DNA of 32,000 bases, taken from contig OZ252279.1 in assembly GCA_965250005.1 (NCBI GenBank), positions 720,001 through 752,000 on the forward strand, given 5' to 3'. The stretch is from Demequinaceae bacterium. Its GTDB lineage: Bacteria > Actinomycetota > Actinomycetes > Actinomycetales > Demequinaceae. Each line of letters starts with the position of its first letter. Position 1 is the first letter of the stretch. Positions 24,718 to 32,000 of the stretch are shown piece by piece. The translations under genes were made by a program, and so were the position numbers. The notes beneath the pieces are model-generated. The model saw only the letters and a list, made by a program, of their open reading frames with translations, was not told the DNA's origin and did no database searches.

Positions 24718-24728
24718 GGGAGGCGAGC

Positions 24729-25223
24729 ATGGCGGGGGTACCCGACTTCATCGCCGACGGGCCCCTCTGGGGGCTCTTCATCTTTCTGCTGATCGTGGTG
24801 TTCCTGCGGGCGCAGGCCACATACTGGCTGGGCCGCGCGGTGCGCGCCGGGCTGCTGTCCTCGCGCTGGCGCACGCGCTTCGACGGCCCTGGCATGGACC
24901 GCGCGCACGCGTACCTGGAGCGCTGGGGGCCCATTGGCATCCCCGTCTCGTTCCTGACCATCGGGTTCCAGACCCTGGTGAACGCCGCCGCCGGCTTCGC
25001 CAAGATGCGCTGGCCGCTGTACACGATCGCGATGATTCCTGGCTGCCTCGCGTGGGCCGCGGCCTACACGCTCGTAGGGCTGTCGCTATGGGCCGGGGCA
25101 CTGCGCCTGGGCCAGGAGTCCCCGTGGCTTCTCGCCGGCGTGCTCGCCCTGCTCGCCGCCGTTGTCGCGGTCGCTATTCGGCTGCGCCGAAACGCCGGTT
25201 CCTCCGCGCGTACTCCTCGATAG
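24729..25223 (+). CDS. DedA/VTT-domain-like membrane protein
   Basis: ATG24729, 164 aa, hydrophobic. The segment [31 protein letters not shown] resembles the DedA core. The 3' end overlaps the convergent uppS by 50 nt. Confidence 0.55.
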   Translation: MAGVPDFIADGPLWGLFIFLLIVVFLRAQATYWLGRAVRAGLLSSRWRTRFDGPGMDRAHAYLERWGPIGIPVSFLTIGFQTLVNAAAGFAKMRWPLYTIAMIPGCLAWAAAYTLVGLSLWAGALRLGQESPWLLAGVLALLAAVVAVAIRLRRNAGSSARTPR

Positions 25224-25947
25224 CCCGCCACAAGTCGCGCCGGTCCACATCCGGCCACAGCACGTTGCTGAAAACCAGCTCGGCGTACGCCGCCTGCCAC
25301 GGCAAGAAGTTGCTGGTGCGCTGCTCCCCACTTGATCGCCAGAACATGTCAACGTCTGGCATATCGGGCTCGTCCAGGTGCGCGGCCACCGTCTTCTCTG
25401 TGACCTTCTCGGGCTTGAGCTTCCCGGCTGCGGCCTTGATCGCGATGGCGCGGGCGGCGTCGGCGATTTCGGCGCGACCCCCGTAGTTGATGCACATCGT
25501 CAGGGTCAACACCTTGTTGTGCTTGGTGAGTTCTTCGGCCTCTTCAAGCTCGTCGATCACTGACTGCCAGAGCTTGGGGCGGCGGCCCGCCCAGCGCACG
25601 CGTACGCCCCAGTCGTTCATCTGATCGCGACGGCGGCGCAGCGTCTGGCGGTTGAAGCCCATGAGGAAGCGGACTTCTTCGGGTGTGCGCTTCCAGTTTT
25701 CGGTGCTGAACGCGTAGGCGCTCAGATGTGTGACGCCCGCCTCGATCGCGCCAGCAACCACATCGAACAACACCCGCTCACCGCGCTCGTGGCCCACGGT
25801 CCGCTGGAATCCGCGCTCCCTTGCCCAGCGGCCGTTGCCGTCCATTACGACGGCCACATGCTTGGGAATCATCTCGGGCGCTAGGTCCGGAGGCGTCTCC
25901 CCGCTCGGGTGTTTGTCCGGGGCCTTGGGCAGTTCGGCGTCGGTCAT
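25174..25947 (-). CDS. uppS: Isoprenyl transferase (undecaprenyl-diphosphate synthase family)
   Basis: 257 aa. Motifs [45 protein letters not shown]. Confidence 0.93.
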   Translation of the reverse strand: MTDAELPKAPDKHPSGETPPDLAPEMIPKHVAVVMDGNGRWARERGFQRTVGHERGERVLFDVVAGAIEAGVTHLSAYAFSTENWKRTPEEVRFLMGFNRQTLRRRRDQMNDWGVRVRWAGRRPKLWQSVIDELEEAEELTKHNKVLTLTMCINYGGRAEIADAARAIAIKAAAGKLKPEKVTEKTVAAHLDEPDMPDVDMFWRSSGEQRTSNFLPWQAAYAELVFSNVLWPDVDRRDLWRAIEEYARRNRRFGAAE

Positions 25948-26711
25948 GCGGGACGTGCCTCCTTGGCGTGCGGTGAGTCTTCAGCGCGATCAACCATACC
26001 GAGACTGCGCACCTTCCTCTCCAGGTGAAACTGCGTGTACGCGGCGACCAGCCCGGCAGCTTCGCGGCGGTGTCGCTGATTGCTCGCATCGGCCACGGGC
26101 CAGTCTCCTGCTACCAACGACTGGAGCAGCAGGAACGTCTCGGGCGCAGGGGCTGCGGCGCCAGACGGCCGATGCTCCTCGCACACCGCACCTCCCCCGG
26201 CCGCCACAAACGCCCGGTGGGGACCGGCCTTCCCGCAGGTGGCGCAATTGTCGAAGCTAGGCGCCCACCCCTCGACCGCGAACGCGCGCAGCAGATAGGC
26301 GTCCAGAACGAGGCCGTGGTTGTGCTCGCGGTTGGACAGCGAGTTGAGGCCACCCCGCAGCAGCCGGTATTGCTGGAGTGCGGGCTCGCGCTCATGCGTG
26401 ACCAGCTTGTCCGCAGCCTCGACCATCGCCGTCGCGGCCGTGAAGAGCTGGTAGTCCTTCGCCATCTCCTTGGCGAACGGCTGGATGGTCTCCACCTGAT
26501 TCACGATGTCCAGGTTGCGGCCCTCGTAGAGCTGCAGATCCACCACCATGAACGGCTCCAGGCGCGAGCCGATCCGGCTGCTCGTGCGGCGCACGCCCTT
26601 CGCCACCGCGCGCACCTTGCCGTGGGCGCGCGTGAGCATCGTGATGATGCGGTCGGCCTCGCCCAGCTTGTGCGTGCGAAGCACGATGGCTTCGTCGCGG
26701 TAGGTGGGCAT
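25944..26711 (-). CDS. recO: DNA repair protein RecO
   Basis: 255 aa. N-terminus [39 protein letters not shown]; zinc motif CATCGK...CEEH. 4-nt overlap with uppS. Confidence 0.92.
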   Translation of the reverse strand: MPTYRDEAIVLRTHKLGEADRIITMLTRAHGKVRAVAKGVRRTSSRIGSRLEPFMVVDLQLYEGRNLDIVNQVETIQPFAKEMAKDYQLFTAATAMVEAADKLVTHEREPALQQYRLLRGGLNSLSNREHNHGLVLDAYLLRAFAVEGWAPSFDNCATCGKAGPHRAFVAAGGGAVCEEHRPSGAAAPAPETFLLLQSLVAGDWPVADASNQRHRREAAGLVAAYTQFHLERKVRSLGMVDRAEDSPHAKEARPA

Positions 26712-26781
26712 CTATCCATTGTCGCGCGGCCCGGGCCAAGAGTGCGCCGCGCATCGCTAGCGCCCAAGATTCCGTTGAGCG

Positions 26782-27372
26782 TCAGGCACCGAGCTTCGGC
26801 AGGACTTCTCCGAGTGTCAGTGGCGCGCGATCTGACTGCCGAAGGACTTCCCATGAAACGTCATCGGTTCCCCAAACCACCATGGCGTCCAGTCTGAAGT
26901 CCTCAATACTGTCCATCCAGTCGGGTTCATTGCCGCGTCGAGTCCAAAGACGAAACCTCGGTCTTTGGATGTCAAAGAGTTCGTCATCAATGTCGCTGGA
27001 CATATAGGCGGTCGCGCGAATCGGCGCGATCGCTAGGTGGCTGGGCTCCAACCGCGCCATCGCCTTGAGAGCACCTGACAGCCCTCGGACCAGGCCGCCC
27101 AGTACGACGTCTTCGCGCGATCGTGCGTGAGCCGCAATGTCATCGATTTCGAACAACCAATAGTCGTCATACTCGTCAACGCCGTTGGGAGGTTCGTCAT
27201 TCGGCAACGCAGGCATCGACGCCGAGTCACTGCCAACGACCGCCAACTCCCCTCGAGCGTTAACCATCCATCCCGCGTCGATTGCGTGTTCAATGTCGTC
27301 CGCAAACGTGGTCTCGAGCTGCGAATCCGCAAGAGTTGGCAGCAACCGGCGAGCCGCGCTGTTCAGTTTCAT
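26782..27372 (-). CDS. Acidic hypothetical protein (196 aa)
   Basis: Clean ORF, Asp/Glu-rich, with no TM segment or signal peptide. G+C is lower than the flanking core genes (spot count 34/60 for 26881-26940). Confidence 0.55.
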   Translation of the reverse strand: MKLNSAARRLLPTLADSQLETTFADDIEHAIDAGWMVNARGELAVVGSDSASMPALPNDEPPNGVDEYDDYWLFEIDDIAAHARSREDVVLGGLVRGLSGALKAMARLEPSHLAIAPIRATAYMSSDIDDELFDIQRPRFRLWTRRGNEPDWMDSIEDFRLDAMVVWGTDDVSWEVLRQSDRAPLTLGEVLPKLGA

Positions 27373-27469
27373 TGAGTATCCCGTCGGCCTATTCGTCTAG
27401 CACAGCGCCCTTGATCTTTCGGTTTCGACGACGAGTCGCGCGTCGCACGCCGAGTTTGGTCTCGTGGAT

Positions 27470-27856
27470 CTACTGCGCGCCAGAAGAGCCGCCGCCTCTC
27501 GACCCCCGAATCATGCGGTCAAAGGCAGCAGCATCCATCACGGGCAGCACAGCAAGCGCGCGCGCCCTCTCGTCCGAAGTGGCGTGCGTCCCAATTCTGA
27601 CTTCGACTGAACCTGGCTCCAGTTGGACAGACGGACTGAGGTTCATGAAGTCGATGGAGTGTTCGCTCAGTTCGGCAAACTCGGTCATGAGCCTCGCAAG
27701 GTACCGAAAGCCCTGAGGGTTCGCAAAAATGGCAGAAGCTCCGTGGTTCTCGTAGGTCTCGACCACAGCGTCATCGGACACATTAAATACAATGCCACGC
27801 GTGACGAGACGTCGAGTGAATTCGTCATCCATTGAGTCTCCATTCATCGGCCACAA
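27470..27856 (-). CDS. Small hypothetical protein (128 aa or shorter)
   Basis: ORF with alternative starts (MNGD..., MDDEF...). The segment ANPQGFRYLARLMTEFAEL...LEPGSVEVRIG is reminiscent of small immunity-type proteins. That resemblance is unverified. Confidence 0.5.
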   Translation of the reverse strand: MWPMNGDSMDDEFTRRLVTRGIVFNVSDDAVVETYENHGASAIFANPQGFRYLARLMTEFAELSEHSIDFMNLSPSVQLEPGSVEVRIGTHATSDERARALAVLPVMDAAAFDRMIRGSRGGGSSGAQ

Positions 27857-28006
27857 CCATCAGATCGACTCCCCGTGGACTCGCGCCACCCTGTCAACAC
27901 CGCGCATGATCTAGTGCGCACTAGTTCGGTCGCTCCGATGCGTCTGGCGCGAGAACCTTCCTCGAGCTCGAGACCCGAGGGTGCGGGCTAGATCGGTCGT
28001 CGAAAG

Positions 28007-28441
28007 CTACCGGTCAGGCTCGTCCTCGCCCAGCACGTCGCGGCCGATCTCGTCGATCTCCATCCACATCTCGGGGCTTGCGACACTCGTGCCAGCTTCG
28101 CCTTTGGCGTCGCCCTTGGCCTCAGCCCGGTAGGTCTCGACGTGCCGCCTCCACGCGGCGAACGCCGCGCGCATGTCCGCGTCGGACGTGACCCACTCCT
28201 GCCAGTGATCGATGACCTCGCGATGCTCGGTCCGCCCGGGGCGCGTCTCCACCAGCGTCATCGCGTGAAGGTACTGCATCCCCATGGTGACCGGTTGCGC
28301 GTATGTATCGCTGTCCTCGGCGAACATCATGGCCTCAGCCCACGCGTGCGCCTCAAAGCGCGTCTGCGTCCCCGCGAGCACCGCCTCGAAGCGGTCCGCG
28401 GTCTCATCGAGCAACGCGTCGTCAAGGTCCATCTGCTCCAA
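28007..28441 (-). CDS. Acidic hypothetical protein (144 aa)
   Basis: Clean ORF, predicted helical, very acidic at both termini. No motif recognised. Confidence 0.5.
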   Translation of the reverse strand: MEQMDLDDALLDETADRFEAVLAGTQTRFEAHAWAEAMMFAEDSDTYAQPVTMGMQYLHAMTLVETRPGRTEHREVIDHWQEWVTSDADMRAAFAAWRRHVETYRAEAKGDAKGEAGTSVASPEMWMEIDEIGRDVLGEDEPDR

Positions 28442-28464
28442 GCCTAGCCCGGCACGGCCGTTCG

Positions 28465-28905
28465 CTACAGCGCGCGGCCCATCCCGACGGTCTCTTCGAC
28501 CGCGAATCCCAGGCTGCCGTAAAACGCGATCACCGCATCGTTGTGGGTGCGCACCTGGAGGTTCACCTTGGGGTCGCCGCGCGCGGTGAGCTCCGCGACG
28601 GCGACCTCCACGAGCGCCGTTCCTACTCCCCCGCGCCGATGCTCAGGCGCCACCGCCAGATGATAGATCCACCCACGGACGCCGTCGTACCCGGCCGCCA
28701 CACCACCGACGATCGCGTCGCCGGCCTCCACCACTCACAGGAGTCCGTCGCCCATCGCGGCCTTGCGGTCCACGAACGCATTCGGCTCGTTGCGCGGCGG
28801 ATCGTCGGGGAACACCCGCGCGAATAGGGCTACCAAGGCGTCGCGGTCCGCGGCGACATACAACCGCGCTTTCAGCGGCTCGCGGGTTCTTGGGTCCGCG
28901 GTCAT
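28465..28905 (-). pseudogene. GNAT-family N-acetyltransferase interrupted by an in-frame TGA
   Basis: ATG28905 gives MTADPRTREPLKARLYVAADRDALVALFARVFPDDPPRNEPNAFVDRKAAMGDGLL. A TGA stop follows (rc of 28735-28737). The same frame then continues VVEAGDAIVGGVAAGYDGVRGWIYHLAVAPEHRRGGVGTALV... (acetyl-CoA motif R-R-G-G-V-G). Confidence 0.75.
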
Positions 28906-28971
28906 GTGCACATTGTGTCGCGCCTGACGCGTCGCTAGTCGATAGACTCGCTCACTGACAAGCCAGGAGGC

Positions 28972-30825
28972 ATGATGACCAGATTGGGCGCGATTCCCCG
29001 AGACCGCGCGCTCGCCTCCGCCGCTATGGGGTCGGCGGCAGTCGCGAGCGCTGTAGCCGCCACGTATGGATTGCCGTTCTGGGCAGTCACGCTGATTGTC
29101 GCAGTTCCGTGGGTGCTCGCCATTCGTGCACGCCGCGGTACCGTGTTCGCGCTTGTCGAGATAGTCCTTGGATGGATGCTGGCAAGTGTGCTGGTGATGC
29201 TCGTGGCCGATGTGCTTCCTCTCGCGCTCGATACAACCACACTGACTGCCGCCGCGGCGATTGGCCTTGCTGGCTCCGCCGCGTGGGCGCTTGGGCCTCT
29301 GGTCGCGCCGAGGTCATCTACGCCAGTTTCTGTCTGGCTGGCCTCAGCCAGCGGTGCAGTCGTGTGGTTGTCCACCCTGGCCGTGCTGGCGCTCACTCCC
29401 GGGCGGTCGCCGATCTCATGGGCAATCTGGGGTGACGCCACCAACAACATGAACGAGACTCGTCGGCTCCTGGCCGAGGGGGGCCTCTCCGTGGGCGACC
29501 ACCTGCCCGTCGTGCCTCTGGTGCACTCCGTGCTGGCGACCTCAACCTCACCGGGCCGCGCAGGCCTGTCGTCGGGCGACGTTCTTGAACATGACCTCGC
29601 CGCTCAGGCCGCGGTGTGGGCGCTCCTGATCGCCGCAACGTGCGTGCTCTTCGGGGCCGTGGCCGCGCGAATCTCCGCGCTGAACGAATCGACCCCGCGC
29701 CAACTTCCCATCGTTGTGGGCGCAGCGGCGTCGCTCGTCCCGTTGACGTGGCCCGTTTCGGGATTCCCTTTGCTGTCGGGATTCATCAACACTCACTTTG
29801 TACTCGCTATCGTCCTCGCCGGAGTCCTGGTCCACTTTGAGGCAAGGCAACGCCCTCTCGCCAGTCTCACGGTCCAAGCGTGTGCGGTCCTGCTGACCGT
29901 GATGACATGGCCACCGATGGCCGCGGTGCCTGCCGCTCTCGCGTTCTTCACCATCGTGATCGAGTGGCGCACGTTGCGCGCGTCCCGCAAACGCGCGCTG
30001 GCCGGCCCCTTAACGTTCGGTGCGCTCACCATCGCGGCGATCGCGTTGTTCACTCTCCCAGCCCTCGCTAGGACAGCTAATGTTCCCTCAGCTGCAGGCA
30101 CAGTGCTCGATCTCTCGCACAATGCGTTTGTAGTCGAGTGCATCTTGGTTGCAGGCGGAGCTGCCGTACTGCTGCGCAGAAACCGCGCAGCCTCGCTGGG
30201 ACTGATCTCAATCGTGGCTTCGCTCGCGGCGGTTCTTCCGATTCTCATACTCGCCAGCGGCTCCACGTGGTCGACGTTTTCGTATTATCCCGCGAAGCTC
30301 CTGTTGTTTGCGGCAGTCGTTATCGGCCTGCTCGGCATAGGGCTTGCGGGCTTTGCGGTTGGGCTGCTGCCTTGGCGGGTTCTGTCTCGCCGTGCGCGCA
30401 CGGCCACGCTCGCGGCAGCGATGCTCGCGGCGATTGCTGGAGTCGTCCTCACGCCAGTTGGGCACGCATTCGCGACTGGCCCGGTCTTTCGGATGCTGAA
30501 CTCAGAGTTCTACGGCTCCGAGGAATTCATCGAGAGGACTTTCGAGTACACCGACGACGACGTGCTCCGGCTTGCTTGGCGCATCGACGGCGACCACGAG
30601 TACTACTCCAACTTCATCCTGATCAACCTCAGCCCAGGCGCGAGCGTCGGGGCTGGCGGATTGCGCTGGATTGCTGTTGCTCAGAAACCGGGGACCGTCG
30701 CGAGCCTGTGCGACATCGCCCGAGAATCAACGCTGCCCGTCATCGCCATGACAGACGACCCGGCACTGGCCAGCGAGGTCGCTGCCGAGTGCCCTGAGTT
30801 CGGCATCACTGTCGAACGGCGCTAA
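28972..30825 (+). CDS. Large polytopic membrane protein (617 aa) with a C-terminal soluble domain, unknown function
   Basis: At least 12 hydrophobic segments, followed by a roughly 120-aa hydrophilic tail (FYGSEEFIERTFEYTDDDVLRLAWRIDGDHEYY...). The architecture is reminiscent of GT-C-type glycosyltransferases or polymerases, but no diagnostic motif was identified. Confidence 0.7.
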   Translation: MMTRLGAIPRDRALASAAMGSAAVASAVAATYGLPFWAVTLIVAVPWVLAIRARRGTVFALVEIVLGWMLASVLVMLVADVLPLALDTTTLTAAAAIGLAGSAAWALGPLVAPRSSTPVSVWLASASGAVVWLSTLAVLALTPGRSPISWAIWGDATNNMNETRRLLAEGGLSVGDHLPVVPLVHSVLATSTSPGRAGLSSGDVLEHDLAAQAAVWALLIAATCVLFGAVAARISALNESTPRQLPIVVGAAASLVPLTWPVSGFPLLSGFINTHFVLAIVLAGVLVHFEARQRPLASLTVQACAVLLTVMTWPPMAAVPAALAFFTIVIEWRTLRASRKRALAGPLTFGALTIAAIALFTLPALARTANVPSAAGTVLDLSHNAFVVECILVAGGAAVLLRRNRAASLGLISIVASLAAVLPILILASGSTWSTFSYYPAKLLLFAAVVIGLLGIGLAGFAVGLLPWRVLSRRARTATLAAAMLAAIAGVVLTPVGHAFATGPVFRMLNSEFYGSEEFIERTFEYTDDDVLRLAWRIDGDHEYYSNFILINLSPGASVGAGGLRWIAVAQKPGTVASLCDIARESTLPVIAMTDDPALASEVAAECPEFGITVERR

Positions 30826-30829
30826 CTCC

Positions 30830-31344
30830 CTACTCGTCCGCGCGCACGAACGCGTCGGGGGGCGGCTCCTGGATCAGCGCGAGGTGCATGGCGACGTCGC
30901 CCTCGACCGCGTAGACCACGTAAGTCGCGAACCACCCCAGGTAGCCGTCGACGGAGAAGTAGAGGTAGCAAACCGGCACAGCAACCTGATCGAGGTCGGC
31001 ATCGCAGTACGTGCCGAGACCCTCGACGCCGTCGATTGCGAAGTAGTCAGCAACCGCAACAGCCAAGCCGGGCACCCCCTGCGCGTCGCCGTCGTCGTAG
31101 CACGCGAGGAAGTTGAACGGGACGGCGTCTTCGCCTACAGCCGCGCTCTGCGCGCAGTCGATGTCCTCGACGTCGAGCGAGCCTGTTCCCGGGTTCACCA
31201 GGAGTTCGGTCGCCGCAAAATAGAGGTCCGACGGCGGCACTACCTGATCGAGCGCGGGATTGGACGAGGACAACTGCTGGCAGCCCGCGCCGCGAGCGCG
31301 CCCGCGATCAACAAGCCCGCGCCGCGGGCAACTCCAGCAAACAT
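30830..31344 (-). pseudogene. Putative lipoprotein gene with signal peptide and mature part in different frames
   Basis: ATG31344 lies 5 nt after the leuA stop and follows AGGGA. It encodes MFAGVARGAGLLIAGALAARAASSC and then runs into a stop at 31240. The 147-aa ORF 30830..31273 (SSSNPALDQVVPPSDLYF...) is in another frame. Removing one nt in GCGCGGGCTGCC would give ...LAAGCQQLSSSNP, a canonical lipobox. Confidence 0.5.
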
Positions 31345-31349
31345 GTTCC

Positions 31350-32000
31350 CTAGGACCTTTCCGAACGGTTGACGGCCGAGACTATCGCGCGCAGCGTCGC
31401 GGTGGTGGTCGAGGGGTCGATGCCGACGCCCCACAGGATCCGGTCGCCAATCTGGCACTCAACGTACGACGCGGCCACCGCGTCGGCGCCCTCGCTCATC
31501 GCGTGCTCCGCGTAGTCAAGCACCTCGAGTTTCACGCCGCGCATTGCGAGCGCTTGCGTGAACGCATCGACCGGGCCGTTTCCCTCGCCCGAGACCTGAA
31601 CGGCCTCGCCGCCGTCCACGAGGTCAGCCTCCAGCGTGTCCGGCCCGTCGTCTGAAGACGAGGACCGCGTCCCTGTGAGCTTGAACCGGCCCCACTGCTC
31701 GGCGCCTTCTGCCCCGGGGAGGTACTCGTCCTGGAAGATGCGCCAGATGTCGGCCGACGTAAGCTCGCTACCCTCGGCCTCCGTCACCCGCTGGACCACG
31801 CGCGAGAATTCAATCTGGAGCCTGCGCGGCAGGTCCAGGTGATGGTCGGCCTTCAGAAGGTAGGCGACGCCGCCCTTGCCGGACTGCGAGTTCACGCGAA
31901 TAACGGCCTCGTAAGAACGCCCCACATCGCGCGGGTCGATCGGCAGGTACGGGACTGCCCAGAGCAGGTCGTCCACGTCCACGCCCTTCTTGGCGGCGCT
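31350..32000 (-). CDS. leuA: 2-isopropylmalate synthase, C-terminal part (gene continues beyond the right edge)
   Basis: Motifs VPYLPIDPRDVGRSYEAVIRVNSQSGKGGVAYLL, and a C-terminal regulatory domain ending ...GVGIDPSTTTATLRAIVSAVNR. The frame is open to nt 32000. Confidence 0.88.
   Translation of the reverse strand, partial: SAAKKGVDVDDLLWAVPYLPIDPRDVGRSYEAVIRVNSQSGKGGVAYLLKADHHLDLPRRLQIEFSRVVQRVTEAEGSELTSADIWRIFQDEYLPGAEGAEQWGRFKLTGTRSSSSDDGPDTLEADLVDGGEAVQVSGEGNGPVDAFTQALAMRGVKLEVLDYAEHAMSEGADAVAASYVECQIGDRILWGVGIDPSTTTATLRAIVSAVNRSERS

Noticed and set aside
25990-26897. ORFs antisense to or overlapping recO (26025..26897 +, 26392..26754 -, 26501..26854 -).
   Set aside because: These are shadow ORFs with Arg/Ala/Pro-rich composition. 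recO, with its clear N-terminal OB-fold and zinc motifs, occupies the locus.
28735-28737. The TGA inside the GNAT gene as selenocysteine, programmed read-through or an alternative genetic code.
   Set aside because: TGA is used as an ordinary stop elsewhere in the window, for example in the Amt-like gene and znuB. I could not see a SECIS-like hairpin directly downstream. The position is not a Cys or redox site in GNAT enzymes.

Overview
This is a high-G+C, actinobacterial-type chromosomal segment. All calls rest on reading the sequence and ORF track and on remembered family motifs; no database search was run. The conserved backbone is dnaG, dgt, dus, glyQS, a znuACB-zur operon with a Zur box, uppS, recO and the 3' end of leuA. 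The backbone is interrupted by accessory DNA.

The main accessory block (1-5707) is a type II-C CRISPR-Cas locus: cas9-cas1-cas2, then 17 identical 36-bp repeats with 16 spacers. It lies against the 3' end of a tRNA-Met(CAU) gene and has visibly lower G+C than its flanks.

Three features of the locus stand out:
- The cas9 5' end abuts the terminus of an IS3-family element. The RuvC-I motif is recognisable (LGTGSLGWAVL) but has no catalytic Asp and no ATG/GTG start. The RuvC-II, HNH and RuvC-III motifs look intact.
- The only anti-repeat in the window is a perfect 17-nt inverted copy of the repeat. It sits exactly one spacer length (30 bp) beyond the terminal repeat, between the array and the tRNA. 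It is a candidate tracrRNA with an unusually short tail that would also pair in cis with the first repeat.
- A perfect 20-bp-stem palindrome separates cas2 from the array.

Other points of interest:
- An Amt-like gene split by a frameshift, lying between two tRNA genes.
- A second IS3 element with an in-frame deletion of the DDE core and no target-site duplication.
- A GNAT gene with an in-frame TGA.
- A lipoprotein gene whose signal peptide and mature part are in different frames.
- A lower-G+C trio of small acidic proteins of unknown function.
- A Crp/Fnr-type palindrome in front of a Crp/Fnr regulator gene.
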